The notes: generated by a model not told the origin, from the sequence alone. Shown: positions 1 to 8,185, counted from the stretch's first letter. The stretch is 41,361 bases of DNA from an uncultured Henriciella sp. (GCA_965367765.1 CBDUKI010000001.1:1-41361); one strand, 5' to 3'. Translations and numbers: made by a program.

Positions 1-62
1 TTTACCGGTGAGTAACCGTCCCTAAAGGCGGTCTTAAGACCTGGCCGTCACAGTTGCCCCAT

Positions 63-959
63 ATGGAGCTTCTCGACGCCTATCTAGACTATGCGCAGGA
101 TGAAAAGCGCCTCGCCGCCAACACGGTTGAGGCCTATCGCAGCGACCTGTCAGAATTCCTGGGCTTCCTGACCCAGCACCTCGGTCGAAGGCCCGGCATG
201 AAGGCATTCGCCCATTTGCAGGCGCGCGATGTGCGGGCCTTCCTGGCGGCGCGCCGGCGGGAAAACGTGTCAGACGCCACGATTGCCCGCCTGCTATCGG
301 CAATTAAAGGTTTCTATCGCTGGCTCGACCGCGAACACGGGGTCGAAAACCCTGAAATTGGTTTCCTGACCGGCCCCAAGCGCAGCCAGCGCCTGCCCCG
401 CCCGGTTTCGACCATGGCTGCGCGCGACATGATCGATACGGCCGAAACCCTGCAGGAAGAGCCCTGGGTCGCCGCGCGCGATGTCGCCGCGCTGACCCTG
501 ATGTACGGTGCGGGTTTGCGGATTTCTGAAGCACTTGGCCTGACCGGTTCGGTGGTCCCGGCCCCGGTGCAGCTCCGCATCAAGGGCAAGGGCGGCAAGG
601 TGCGGATCGTGCCGCTGATCCCGGCAGTGCGTGCCGCGATGGATGAGTATGCCCGTCTCTGCCCGTACCGGATGGGGCGGGACACGCCTTTCTTCTACGG
701 TGCGCGCGGCAAAGTCCTGCAGGCCCCGGTCCTGCGCAAGCAAGTGCAAATTCTGCGCGGCGCGCTTGGCCTGCCTGAAACAGCCACACCGCATGCCCTG
801 CGCCACAGTTTTGCGACCCACCTTCTGGCCAACGGTGCCGACCTGCGCTCGATCCAGGCGCTGCTGGGTCATGCCAGCCTGTCGACAACCCAGGTATATA
901 CCGGCGTTGAGGCGGGGCATTTGCGCAAGGTCCACGCCAGCGCACACCCGCGCGGCTAG
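63..959 (+). CDS. xerC: Tyrosine recombinase XerC
   Basis: N-terminal SAM-like domain (LAANTVEAYRSDL). Catalytic residues R (YGAGLRISE), K (GKGGKVR), HxLR (HALRHSFATHLL), H (LLGHASLSTTQVY) and Y. ATG at 63 preferred over TTG at 54. XerC over XerD is judged from overall motif pattern. Confidence 0.85.
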   Translation: MELLDAYLDYAQDEKRLAANTVEAYRSDLSEFLGFLTQHLGRRPGMKAFAHLQARDVRAFLAARRRENVSDATIARLLSAIKGFYRWLDREHGVENPEIGFLTGPKRSQRLPRPVSTMAARDMIDTAETLQEEPWVAARDVAALTLMYGAGLRISEALGLTGSVVPAPVQLRIKGKGGKVRIVPLIPAVRAAMDEYARLCPYRMGRDTPFFYGARGKVLQAPVLRKQVQILRGALGLPETATPHALRHSFATHLLANGADLRSIQALLGHASLSTTQVYTGVEAGHLRKVHASAHPRG

Positions 960-1048
960 GCTAGCGCGGAAATTTCGCGCAAAACGCTTCTCCAAGCATC
1001 TCGCCCCGCTGGATAATTGGGTAAAGGAGTAGGCGACAGAACGCTAGC

Positions 1049-1603
1049 TTAGTCCATGCCCAGGCCTGAACGCAGTGTCGCGAAGGGCAGGGGTTCCTCG
1101 GGATTGTCTGTAGGCGTCTGCAATTGCAGGCCCCACCAGCCGACATCATGCCAGCCGCCAGCCTTGAACCCGATATCGCGATAAATACCCACCAGTTTGA
1201 AACCGAGGCTCTCGTGCAGGCCGACACTTGCCGGATTGGGCAAGGTGATCCCCGAATAGGCATTCACCATGCCCTGCTGGCGCAGGATGTCGAACAGGGC
1301 CAGGTAAAGCTGCCGGGCGATGCCGCGCCGCCGCGCCTGCGGGCCGACATAGACGCTCACTTCGCAGGCCCAACAATAGGCCCGTCGCGTGCGGTGCGGG
1401 CTGGCATAGGCATAGGCAATCGCCTCGCCCTCCTCATCCCAGACCAGCCAGGGATGGGTCGCCAGAAGCCTCTCGATGCGCTGGCTCATTTCATTGCCAT
1501 CAGGCGGCGTCATCTCGAAGGAGACGGCTGATCCTTCCACGCTGGGGGCATAGATGGCCGCCAGGGCAGGGCCATCGGCGGTGCGGGCGATCCGAATGCT
1601 CAT
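1049..1603 (-). CDS. GNAT N-acetyltransferase, phosphinothricin/methionine-sulfoximine (Pat/YncA/ArsN1-like) family
   Basis: AIY...VSFE..PP motif, AYAYAS.HR.R.AY.W.CEVSVYV, acetyl-CoA loop QARRRGIA, LPNPASVGLHESLGF, GFKAGGWHDV. Confidence 0.85.
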   Translation of the reverse strand: MSIRIARTADGPALAAIYAPSVEGSAVSFEMTPPDGNEMSQRIERLLATHPWLVWDEEGEAIAYAYASPHRTRRAYCWACEVSVYVGPQARRRGIARQLYLALFDILRQQGMVNAYSGITLPNPASVGLHESLGFKLVGIYRDIGFKAGGWHDVGWWGLQLQTPTDNPEEPLPFATLRSGLGMD

Positions 1604-1624
1604 ATCTGTTGGCCCCTTGCCGTC

Positions 1625-2107
1625 CTAGCTGTCGTCCAGCCCACCCTTGATGACCTTGAAGGACCTGCGCGGGGCTTGCGGCGCAGTGGGTTCATCAGGC
1701 TCTCGAGCTGGCAGGTCGCGTGCCTTGACCAGTTTCGGTCCGGTTGGTTTGGGCATTGGCGACTGGGCAGGCTCTTCTTCCGTCTCGTCAATCTGGCGCA
1801 CACGCGGTTGGCTTGCCCTGCCCAGTGGTTTGCGTTGTCGGAAGCCGGACTTGCCTTTGCCGCGGGCCTTCTTGTCGATTTCCTTCAACTTGATCGATTG
1901 CAGGGCAGATAGCGGTTCGTCTGCTCCACCCTTTTCTGGGTCGGCAAAGGCCGATCCATAGGTTTCGATCCGCTCTTCCACTTCTTCCAGGAACTGTTTT
2001 TCCCAGTCGGACAGTTCCGGGCCGAGGCCTTGTTCGGCCAACATGGCGGCCTTGCGCAATTTGCGCAGGGCCTTGCGTTTCTTTCTTTCGTCGATCTCGC
2101 GTGCCAT
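1625..2107 (-). CDS. Hypothetical basic protein with small helical N-terminal domain and disordered tail
   Basis: 160-aa ORF filling the gap between gapR and the GNAT gene. Protein-like composition (LSDWEKQFLEEVEERIETYGSAF). TAAACT hexamer 6 nt upstream of the ATG. Confidence 0.75.
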   Translation of the reverse strand: MAREIDERKKRKALRKLRKAAMLAEQGLGPELSDWEKQFLEEVEERIETYGSAFADPEKGGADEPLSALQSIKLKEIDKKARGKGKSGFRQRKPLGRASQPRVRQIDETEEEPAQSPMPKPTGPKLVKARDLPAREPDEPTAPQAPRRSFKVIKGGLDDS

Positions 2108-2154
2108 CTGGCCAGTTTATGGGAAACCGGGTCGCCTAGGCAACTGCCGGACGG

Positions 2155-2418
2155 TTAGTCCAGCTCGCCCAGGGCATCGAGATAGACTTCCAGGACAGCT
2201 TCCTGTTCGCGGCGCGTGTCGCGGTCCTGCTTGCGCAGGCGAATGACTGTGCGAAGGGCCTTTACGTCGTAGCCGACGGCCTTTGCCTCGCCATAGACTT
2301 CCTTGATCTGCTCGGCGATTTCCTTCTTTTCCTCTTCCAGGCGCTCGATGCGCTCAACGGTCAGGCGCAGGCGGTCGCGGGCCGCTTCTGTGAGGTTGTC
2401 GGAATTTGCGTCGTCCAT
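2155..2418 (-). CDS. gapR: GapR (DUF2312) nucleoid-associated DNA-binding protein
   Basis: Hallmark [44 protein letters not shown]...[21 protein letters not shown] upstream. Confidence 0.92.
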   Translation of the reverse strand: MDDANSDNLTEAARDRLRLTVERIERLEEEKKEIAEQIKEVYGEAKAVGYDVKALRTVIRLRKQDRDTRREQEAVLEVYLDALGELD

Positions 2419-2556
2419 GATGGCTCCTGAAAGGCAGATGATAGGTTTGCGCGCCGGGTTCTAGGCTGGATTTCAACTCGAAGCGAGACCCCAACTGACG
2501 CAATGTTGACTTAAATGTGAGTCGATTTCGCCTGCCAGCATGGTAATCGAATGGGC

Positions 2557-3084
2557 ATGACACATCGCACCCCATCTGCCCCGTCGCGCCGGTCAATCCT
2601 TATGGCCGCTTCTACCTTCGTCCTTGCCGCCTGTTCGCGCCGGTCTGGTGCGGTTGCGGCCTTTGCTGACACGCCCGGCCAGGCCTATGCCCAGGATGAT
2701 TGGCGCAAGCTCAGTGAGGAAGACTGGAAAGCGCGGCTATCGCCAAAGGCCTATCAGGTATTGCGGCGCGAGGCGACCGAGCGCGCCTTCACCTCGCCCC
2801 TGGAGCGCGAAAAACGTACCGGGGTCTATCATTGCGCCGGGTGTGACCTGGCCCTGTTCGACAGCCGTACAAAGTTTGACAGCGGCACCGGCTGGCCGAG
2901 CTTCTATGACGTGCTGCCAGGCGCGGTCGCGACCAAGCCGGACAACAAGCTCTGGATGACCCGGACCGAATATCACTGCGCGCGCTGCGAAGGCCATCAG
3001 GGCCATGTGTTTGAGGATGGACCGGCCCCAACGGGTCTGCGCTATTGCAATAACGGTGTCGCGCTCGTGTTTCGCCCAGCCTAA
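2557..3084 (+). CDS. msrB: Peptide-methionine (R)-S-oxide reductase MsrB with twin-arginine/lipoprotein-type signal
   Basis: TERAF, CAGC and CARC Zn ligands, KFDSGTGWPSF, HQGHVFEDGP.PTGLRYCNN. N-terminal SRRSIL...LAAC. Start 2551 or 2557. Confidence 0.93.
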   Translation: MTHRTPSAPSRRSILMAASTFVLAACSRRSGAVAAFADTPGQAYAQDDWRKLSEEDWKARLSPKAYQVLRREATERAFTSPLEREKRTGVYHCAGCDLALFDSRTKFDSGTGWPSFYDVLPGAVATKPDNKLWMTRTEYHCARCEGHQGHVFEDGPAPTGLRYCNNGVALVFRPA

Positions 3085-3524
3085 TCCGGCTTGCGGGGCT
3101 TCTCGAACATGTCGAGTTGATTGGGATCCGCCGGACGCGGTTTGCGGCGCTTCGATCCACGATGGCGGAAGTAGAGATCATCCGTGTGGTCGTCGCCGGC
3201 CGTCTGCGCAGTTGTCGGTGCGTCGTCAGGGGCCTTGTCCGCCGGCTTGGACGTGCGGGAAACCATCTTCCAGTAGGTCACAGCCAGCACCGTATTGCCC
3301 TTGGCATCTTCGTAATGCTGCAGGAAGCCTTCGCCTGGTCCGGCTTCAGCCTGTTCAAGCAGGCGCGCAACATCCCGGCTCGCAGGGGTCAGCCATTCGG
3401 TCTCCAGCCCCTGCAGTATGCCTTTCAAGTCCAGCGCTTCGACTTGCGCGCGCGAGCGGGCGGCGTGCTCAGCCTTGGTGATGGCCGTTCTGGCGGTCCT
3501 GGCGATGGGATAGGCGTGGCTCAT
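3081..3524 (-). CDS. Hypothetical protein with C-terminal QLDMF (beta-clamp-binding-like) motif
   Basis: 147-aa ORF starting 46 bp after the mmcB stop on the same strand. Folded-looking N-terminal ~90 aa, P/A/D-rich linker, tail DPNQLDMF. Stop overlaps the msrB stop by 4 bp. Confidence 0.75.
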   Translation of the reverse strand: MSHAYPIARTARTAITKAEHAARSRAQVEALDLKGILQGLETEWLTPASRDVARLLEQAEAGPGEGFLQHYEDAKGNTVLAVTYWKMVSRTSKPADKAPDDAPTTAQTAGDDHTDDLYFRHRGSKRRKPRPADPNQLDMFEKPRKPD

Positions 3525-3570
3525 GACGGGCCAGCTAGAAAAGGTTGGCTGCAGAGTCCAGAGGCGATTG

Positions 3571-4038
3571 TCACGGCTCGCTCACCTGATGCAGGCGGCT
3601 GGCGGCCAGCCGCGCGAAACGAAGGGTCACGGCCTTGCGCCGGGCTGCGGCCAGCTTTTCTTCCTCAGGTTCACGCAGGATGGCCCCACCGAACGCATCG
3701 GCGATGATCAGGCCCGCATCCTCAGGGATCAGGTCCTGCGGAAAATCATGCCCGACAGCGAAATAGAACAGGTCGCAATAAGGCCGATATTCGGGCCATT
3801 TCCCATCACTGCGAAAGTCCGCCACAGAAGACTTGATTTCAATGATCGCGACCCGGCCATCGGCACCGATCGCGGCAATGTCGGCTCGGCGATTATTGGC
3901 CAACGTCATTTCGGTCAGTCCGTGAAAACCGTGATGCGACATCAGACGCAGAACGCCGCGGGCGATCTCCGCTGCACCGCCGACCAGGGCGGTCGCTTCA
4001 TCCAGGCTGTCCATTGGCTCCATGTCTGGCAGGCTCAC
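3571..4038 (-). CDS. mmcB: MmcB family DNA repair protein (PD-(D/E)xK endonuclease fold)
   Basis: EMTLANNRRADI...IIEIKSSVADFRSDGKWPEYRPYCDLFYFAV...GLIIADAFGGAILRE...LAAARRKAVTLRFARLAA. LexA box directly upstream. Start could be GTG 4038 or a slightly later ATG. Confidence 0.9.
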   Translation of the reverse strand: MSLPDMEPMDSLDEATALVGGAAEIARGVLRLMSHHGFHGLTEMTLANNRRADIAAIGADGRVAIIEIKSSVADFRSDGKWPEYRPYCDLFYFAVGHDFPQDLIPEDAGLIIADAFGGAILREPEEEKLAAARRKAVTLRFARLAASRLHQVSEP

Positions 4039-4046
4039 TTATCCGT

Positions 4047-4061
4047 GTTCGCAAGATGTTC
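4047..4061. promoter_or_regulatory. Alphaproteobacterial LexA (SOS) box
   Basis: GTTC-gcaagat-GTTC is an exact GTTC-N7-GTTC, 8 bp upstream of the mmcB GTG and just downstream of a candidate minus-strand promoter (TTGACC at 4086-4091, AATACT at 4063-4068). Confidence 0.88.
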
Positions 4062-4092
4062 CAGTATTATGAACTGGTGCATGAAGGTCAAT

Positions 4093-4123
4093 AAAAAAGC
4101 CCGCACCATGCGGCGCGGGCTTT
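4093..4123 (-). terminator. Rho-independent terminator of the yccA-like gene
   Basis: Minus strand GCCCGCGCC-GCAT-GGTGCGGGC followed by TTTTTT, about 20 bp after the stop at 4145. Confidence 0.85.
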
Positions 4124-4144
4124 CACCAGAAACTGGCCTGTCGG

Positions 4145-4873
4145 TTAGTCGCTCGACATCAGGGACAGGATGAACTGGAACATGTTGATGAAGTTCAGGT
4201 ACAGGCTCAGCGCACCGTAGGTCGTTGCAACCGACATCGCGCGTGCGTTGCCGCTGATCTGGAAGTACATCTCCTTCAGTCGCTGGGTGTCATAGGCTGT
4301 CAGACCAGCAAAGATCAGCACGCCGAGAACCGAGATGATGAACGAGAACATGCTTGATGCGACAAACATGTTGATCACCATGGCGATGATCAGACCGATT
4401 ACGCCCATGAACAGGAACACGCCAAGACCAGACAGGTCACGCTTGGTCGTATAACCCCAGAGTGACAGGGCGCCGAAAGCTGCAGCCGTTGTGAAAAACG
4501 CCTTGGCAACCAGCATCATGCCGTCTGGCCGTCCACCATACACATAGACAAGCCCGCCCATGCCAACACCGATCAGGGCGACGACTGACCAGTAGACGAG
4601 GTTGGCCGCCAGCGGCGAGGGGTTGCGCATGACGAAGCTGGACAGAAGCAGGATCGCCAGAGGTGCGAACATGATGACCATGCCCATCGGACCCGTCAGC
4701 AGGGTGTATGTGAGCTGGTCATTCGAGCCGACAGCGAATGCGAGAATGGCCGTCAGCGCCAGGCCAAGGGCCATCTTGTTATAAACGCCCAGCATGAAGC
4801 TGCGCAGGCCGGTATTGACAGCCGTGCTCATCTCTTGGCCGGGAACGCCATACGCCTGATTAAAATCGTTCAT
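4145..4873 (-). CDS. Bax inhibitor-1/YccA family membrane protein
   Basis: About 7 hydrophobic segments. GLRSFMLGVYNKM, YTTKRDLS, FAGLTAYDTQRLK, GALSLYLNFINMF. SD GAGG. Confidence 0.92.
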   Translation of the reverse strand: MNDFNQAYGVPGQEMSTAVNTGLRSFMLGVYNKMALGLALTAILAFAVGSNDQLTYTLLTGPMGMVIMFAPLAILLLSSFVMRNPSPLAANLVYWSVVALIGVGMGGLVYVYGGRPDGMMLVAKAFFTTAAAFGALSLWGYTTKRDLSGLGVFLFMGVIGLIIAMVINMFVASSMFSFIISVLGVLIFAGLTAYDTQRLKEMYFQISGNARAMSVATTYGALSLYLNFINMFQFILSLMSSD

Positions 4874-4921
4874 GATTTCCTCTTTTCAAAGGCCCACACA
4901 TTATCGCGCGGATTGCCGACA

Positions 4922-4950
4922 ATATGATAGAGATTTTATTGATTTTCAAG
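4922..4950 (-). promoter_or_regulatory. Candidate heat-shock (RpoH) or sigma70 promoter for the yccA-like gene
   Basis: Minus strand CTTGAA-N15-TATCATAT, the same spacing as the dnaJ promoter, in an AT-rich stretch. A sigma70 reading (TTGAAA-N17-CATATT) is also possible. Confidence 0.4.
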
Positions 4951-5021
4951 AAGAACCGGGCTGGCCGGATGCGATTCCTCTCCCTAGCTTGCAAGCGGTA
5001 TCAGACATGAGAGAGACTTGA

Positions 5022-6077
5022 ATGAGTATTGAAAAGCGTGAACTGGGTCGTACTGGCCTCATGGTGACCACCTGCTGCCTCGGCACGATGACCTGGGGCC
5101 AGCAGAACACCGAGGTCGAAGGCCATGCCCAGATGGACTATGCCATGGATCGCGGCATCAATTTCTGGGACACGGCGGAAATGTATTCCGTGCCCCCCCA
5201 GGCTGAAACCCAAGGGTCAACCGAGCGGATTATCGGCAGCTGGTTCAAGAAAACCGGGCGGCGCGACGAAATTATCCTCGCCAGCAAGGTTTCCGGGCGC
5301 TCGAAGCAGACCTGGACACGCGACGCCGATGTCGAATGGACCCGGCATACCAAGGCCCAGATCGACGAGGCTGTCGCCAAGAGCCTCAAGCGTTTGCAAA
5401 CCGACTATATCGACCTTTACCAGCTGCACTGGCCGGATCGTCCGGTCGGCCTGTTCGGGGCGCGGATGGATCACAAGGCCTATGGCCTGGAATATGAAGC
5501 TTTCGAGGAAATTCTCGACCACCTGGACAGCCATATCAAAGCCGGGCGCCTGCGCCATGTCGGCCTGTCGAACGAGACGCCTTTCGGCGTCATGCGTTTC
5601 ATTGCCGAAAGTGAAGCGCGCGGCCTGCCGCGCATGGCTTCAATCCAGAACGCCTACAACCTGGTCAACCGTACTTTTGAGGATGGTGGACTGGAGGAGG
5701 CTTGCCTGCGCGAGGATGTCAGCCTGCTGGCCTATTCGCCGCTTGGCCAGGGTTACCTCACCGGCAAGTATCGCAATGGTGCGTTGCCGGAAGGCTCACG
5801 CAAGCAATTGTTCAACCGGTTGCAGCGCTATGAATCCCCTGCGGCAGACCGTGCGATCGAGTCCTATCTCGTCATGGCGGAGAATTTCGGGGTCGATCCG
5901 ACCCAGCTAGCGATCAAGTTCTGCGACACGCGACCGTTCATGACATCAACCATTATCGGCGCGACCAATATGGACCAGTTGAAGACCTGTATCGATGCCT
6001 TCGACATGGCCTGGAGCGACGAGTTAGAGGCCGAGGTGAATCGCTTGCATATGCAACAACCATCGCCTTGTCCGTAA
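5022..6077 (+). CDS. Aldo/keto reductase, Tas-like
   Basis: LGTMTWGQQN, GINFWDTAEMY, SLKRLQTDYIDLYQLHWPDR, GLSNET, SIQNAYNL, LAYSPLG, IIGATNM. Confidence 0.92.
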   Translation: MSIEKRELGRTGLMVTTCCLGTMTWGQQNTEVEGHAQMDYAMDRGINFWDTAEMYSVPPQAETQGSTERIIGSWFKKTGRRDEIILASKVSGRSKQTWTRDADVEWTRHTKAQIDEAVAKSLKRLQTDYIDLYQLHWPDRPVGLFGARMDHKAYGLEYEAFEEILDHLDSHIKAGRLRHVGLSNETPFGVMRFIAESEARGLPRMASIQNAYNLVNRTFEDGGLEEACLREDVSLLAYSPLGQGYLTGKYRNGALPEGSRKQLFNRLQRYESPAADRAIESYLVMAENFGVDPTQLAIKFCDTRPFMTSTIIGATNMDQLKTCIDAFDMAWSDELEAEVNRLHMQQPSPCP

Positions 6078-6181
6078 GATTCCGGGTGCGGATACAATTT
6101 GACTTTCTTGCTGTCAGATTGCAGCATCTTGTCAGCTGAATGATTCCTTACAGGATACAGCCAAACTTAAAGGGGAACCAA

Positions 6182-6514
6182 ATGGCAGACGCCTCAAAAT
6201 ACGAAGACAACATCAAGAAATACGCCAAAGGCTACAATCAGGCTGCGGCTGAGAAAATTGTAGGGCATCTGGGGATTGCTTTGCGGAATCGCGACAGTTC
6301 TCTGGTGTCTTGTTCTGACGAGGCTGAGCTGCAGCGCGTGCGTGAGAAATGGTGCCGTGGCAAGCTCGCCCTGGCCCAGTCGAATGACGATCTCGACGCT
6401 GCGATTGCAAAGGTCTGCGAAAAGCTGAAGCCGGAAGGTGGCAACAAGGGCCGCGTGACGTTCTATTACCTGCTGGCCGAGCATTTCGGTAAACTGGGTG
6501 ACCTGGCTGGCTGA
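6182..6514 (+). CDS. DUF2853 family protein
   Basis: LGIALRNRDSSLVSCSD..EL..VR.....KL...RVTFYYLLAEHFGKL. SD AAGGGG before ATG 6182. Confidence 0.8.
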   Translation: MADASKYEDNIKKYAKGYNQAAAEKIVGHLGIALRNRDSSLVSCSDEAELQRVREKWCRGKLALAQSNDDLDAAIAKVCEKLKPEGGNKGRVTFYYLLAEHFGKLGDLAG

Positions 6515-6536
6515 TCCAGTTGCAGGAATGAGAATC

Positions 6537-6566
6537 AAAGCCCGGCTATTACAGCCGGGCTTTTTT
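6537..6566 (+). terminator. Rho-independent terminator
   Basis: AAAGCCCGGCT-attac-AGCCGGGCTTT followed by TTT: perfect 11-bp inverted repeat ending in a U6 tract. Confidence 0.9.
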
Positions 6567-6582
6567 ACGTTATCGCCATGTC

Positions 6583-7122
6583 ATGAGTCATCGTCTGTTT
6601 GCTGCCTTGCCTGTCCCCGATGCGGTTGCCGAACGGCTACTGCCGCTACGCACGGACCTTTTGGGTGCGCGTTGGCGCCAGCGTGAACATTTCCACATCA
6701 CTCTGCATTTCTATGGCTCGGTCGAGATCGAGATGGCCGAAGAAATCGCCCAGGCGCTGGAACAGGTGTCCCAGCCGATGATGCAGTTGCAGGTCGACGG
6801 TGTCGGCTGGTTTGGCCGCAAGGAGCCACATCTCATCCATGCTCGCATTGCCAGCGATCCGGCGCTTGATGAGCTCGCCGAGGACTGTCGCCGGATTGCC
6901 CGCCGGCTTGGTCTGAAAACCGAGGCGCGGGCATTTCGCCCACACATCACCCTGGCCTATTGCCATCACACGCCGCTGGCCGATGTCATGACCTGGAGTG
7001 AGACCTACCAAACCCTGAAAACCTCACCATTCATGGCGGACGAATTTCATCTCTATGAGAGCTTCACCGGCTCACGCCGCCAGAGCCGCTACCAGGTTCA
7101 GGCCAGCTATCGGCTGGGTTGA
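6583..7122 (+). CDS. thpR: RNA 2',3'-cyclic phosphodiesterase (2H phosphoesterase, LigT/ThpR)
   Basis: RLFAAL start, two HxT motifs (FHITLHF, FRPHITLA), FHLYES. Confidence 0.9.
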   Translation: MSHRLFAALPVPDAVAERLLPLRTDLLGARWRQREHFHITLHFYGSVEIEMAEEIAQALEQVSQPMMQLQVDGVGWFGRKEPHLIHARIASDPALDELAEDCRRIARRLGLKTEARAFRPHITLAYCHHTPLADVMTWSETYQTLKTSPFMADEFHLYESFTGSRRQSRYQVQASYRLG

Positions 7123-7204
7123 GTTATCCGCTCGGCCGTAAAAGGCGACGTCCTGACAGTTTTCTGTTATGGGTCAGGCGCATACGATCAAGGGAGGATA
7201 CGTC

Positions 7205-8185
7205 ATGGCAACCCACAATTATAACGGTGTGGAGCTGGATGAGCCGGGCCGGGGGCGGATTTATGGCTCGATACTGGAAACCATGGGCAATACACCGCTT
7301 GTGCGGGTGCCGCGCTTGAGCGAGGAGGAGGGGTTGCAGGCCGACCTCCTGTTGAAGCTGGAATTCTTCAACCCGTTAGCCAGCGTCAAGGATCGCATTG
7401 CCATCGGCATGATCACCGAGCTGGAAAAGCAGGGCAAGATCGGCCCTGGCACGGTTCTGGTTGAACCGACATCGGGCAATACGGGCATTGGCCTCGCTTT
7501 TGTGGCTGCCTCACGCGGCTATCGCCTGATCCTGACCATGCCAGAATCCATGTCTATAGAGCGTCGCCGCATGCTGGCCATGCTGGGGGCGGAGCTGGTT
7601 CTGACTCCGAAGGAAGAAGGCTTGAACGGCACACTTCGAAAGGCCGATGAGCTGCTTGAAAGCATCGAGGGTGCGGTCATGCCGAGTCAGTTCGACAATC
7701 CGGCCAACCCAGCCATTCACGAAGCAACAACAGCGCTGGAAATCTGGAATGATACGGAGGGCAAGGTCGATGCGGTCGTGTCAGGTGTTGGCACTGGCGG
7801 CACGTTCACAGGCTGCGCGCGTGTGCTGAAGGCCAAGAAGCCAGGCCTGAAAATGTTTGCGGTTGAGCCAGAAGGCAGTTCCGTCCTGTCCGGGGGCGAT
7901 CCTGGCCCACACATGATCCAGGGTATCGGCCCTGGCTTCGTGCCTGGCAACATGGAGAAGGCCTTGATGGATGAGGCGATTATTGTTTCCAGTGAAGAGG
8001 CGATGGCCACGTCACGCCGACTGGCGCGGACAGAGGGCATCCCGGTCGGTATTTCATCAGGTGCCGCGTTGATGGCGGCCATGCGCGTGGCCAAGCGCGA
8101 TGACATGAAGAACAAGATGATCGTGGCGATCATTCCTTCCTTCGCCGAGCGTTATTTGTCGACAGCCCTTTTTGAAGGGCTCTAG
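7205..8185 (+). CDS. cysK: Cysteine synthase A
   Basis: KLEFFNPLASVKDRIA (PLP lysine), EPTSGNTGI, GVGTGGT, IQGIG, ERYLST. SD GGAGG before ATG 7205. Confidence 0.95.
   Translation: MATHNYNGVELDEPGRGRIYGSILETMGNTPLVRVPRLSEEEGLQADLLLKLEFFNPLASVKDRIAIGMITELEKQGKIGPGTVLVEPTSGNTGIGLAFVAASRGYRLILTMPESMSIERRRMLAMLGAELVLTPKEEGLNGTLRKADELLESIEGAVMPSQFDNPANPAIHEATTALEIWNDTEGKVDAVVSGVGTGGTFTGCARVLKAKKPGLKMFAVEPEGSSVLSGGDPGPHMIQGIGPGFVPGNMEKALMDEAIIVSSEEAMATSRRLARTEGIPVGISSGAALMAAMRVAKRDDMKNKMIVAIIPSFAERYLSTALFEGL

Noticed and set aside
63-959. Tyrosine recombinase as a phage or island integrase
   Set aside because: About 300 aa with housekeeping Xer motifs, no arm-binding extension, no tRNA or att repeat and no mobile cargo nearby.
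1006-1033. Possible dif site after xerC (CCGCTGGATAA-TTGGGT-...)
   Set aside because: Only ATAA resembles a XerC arm; the conserved XerD arm (TTATGTTAAAT-like) is absent.
1049-1603. Functional link between the Pat-like acetyltransferase and gltDB, or an arsinothricin/phosphinothricin cluster
   Set aside because: About 10 kb apart, no ars or biosynthetic genes nearby, and the family is widespread in core genomes.
7152-7178. CCTGAC-N15-GTCAGG inverted repeat upstream of cysK
   Set aside because: Six-bp arms in GC-rich DNA, no second copy seen and no match to a motif I know.
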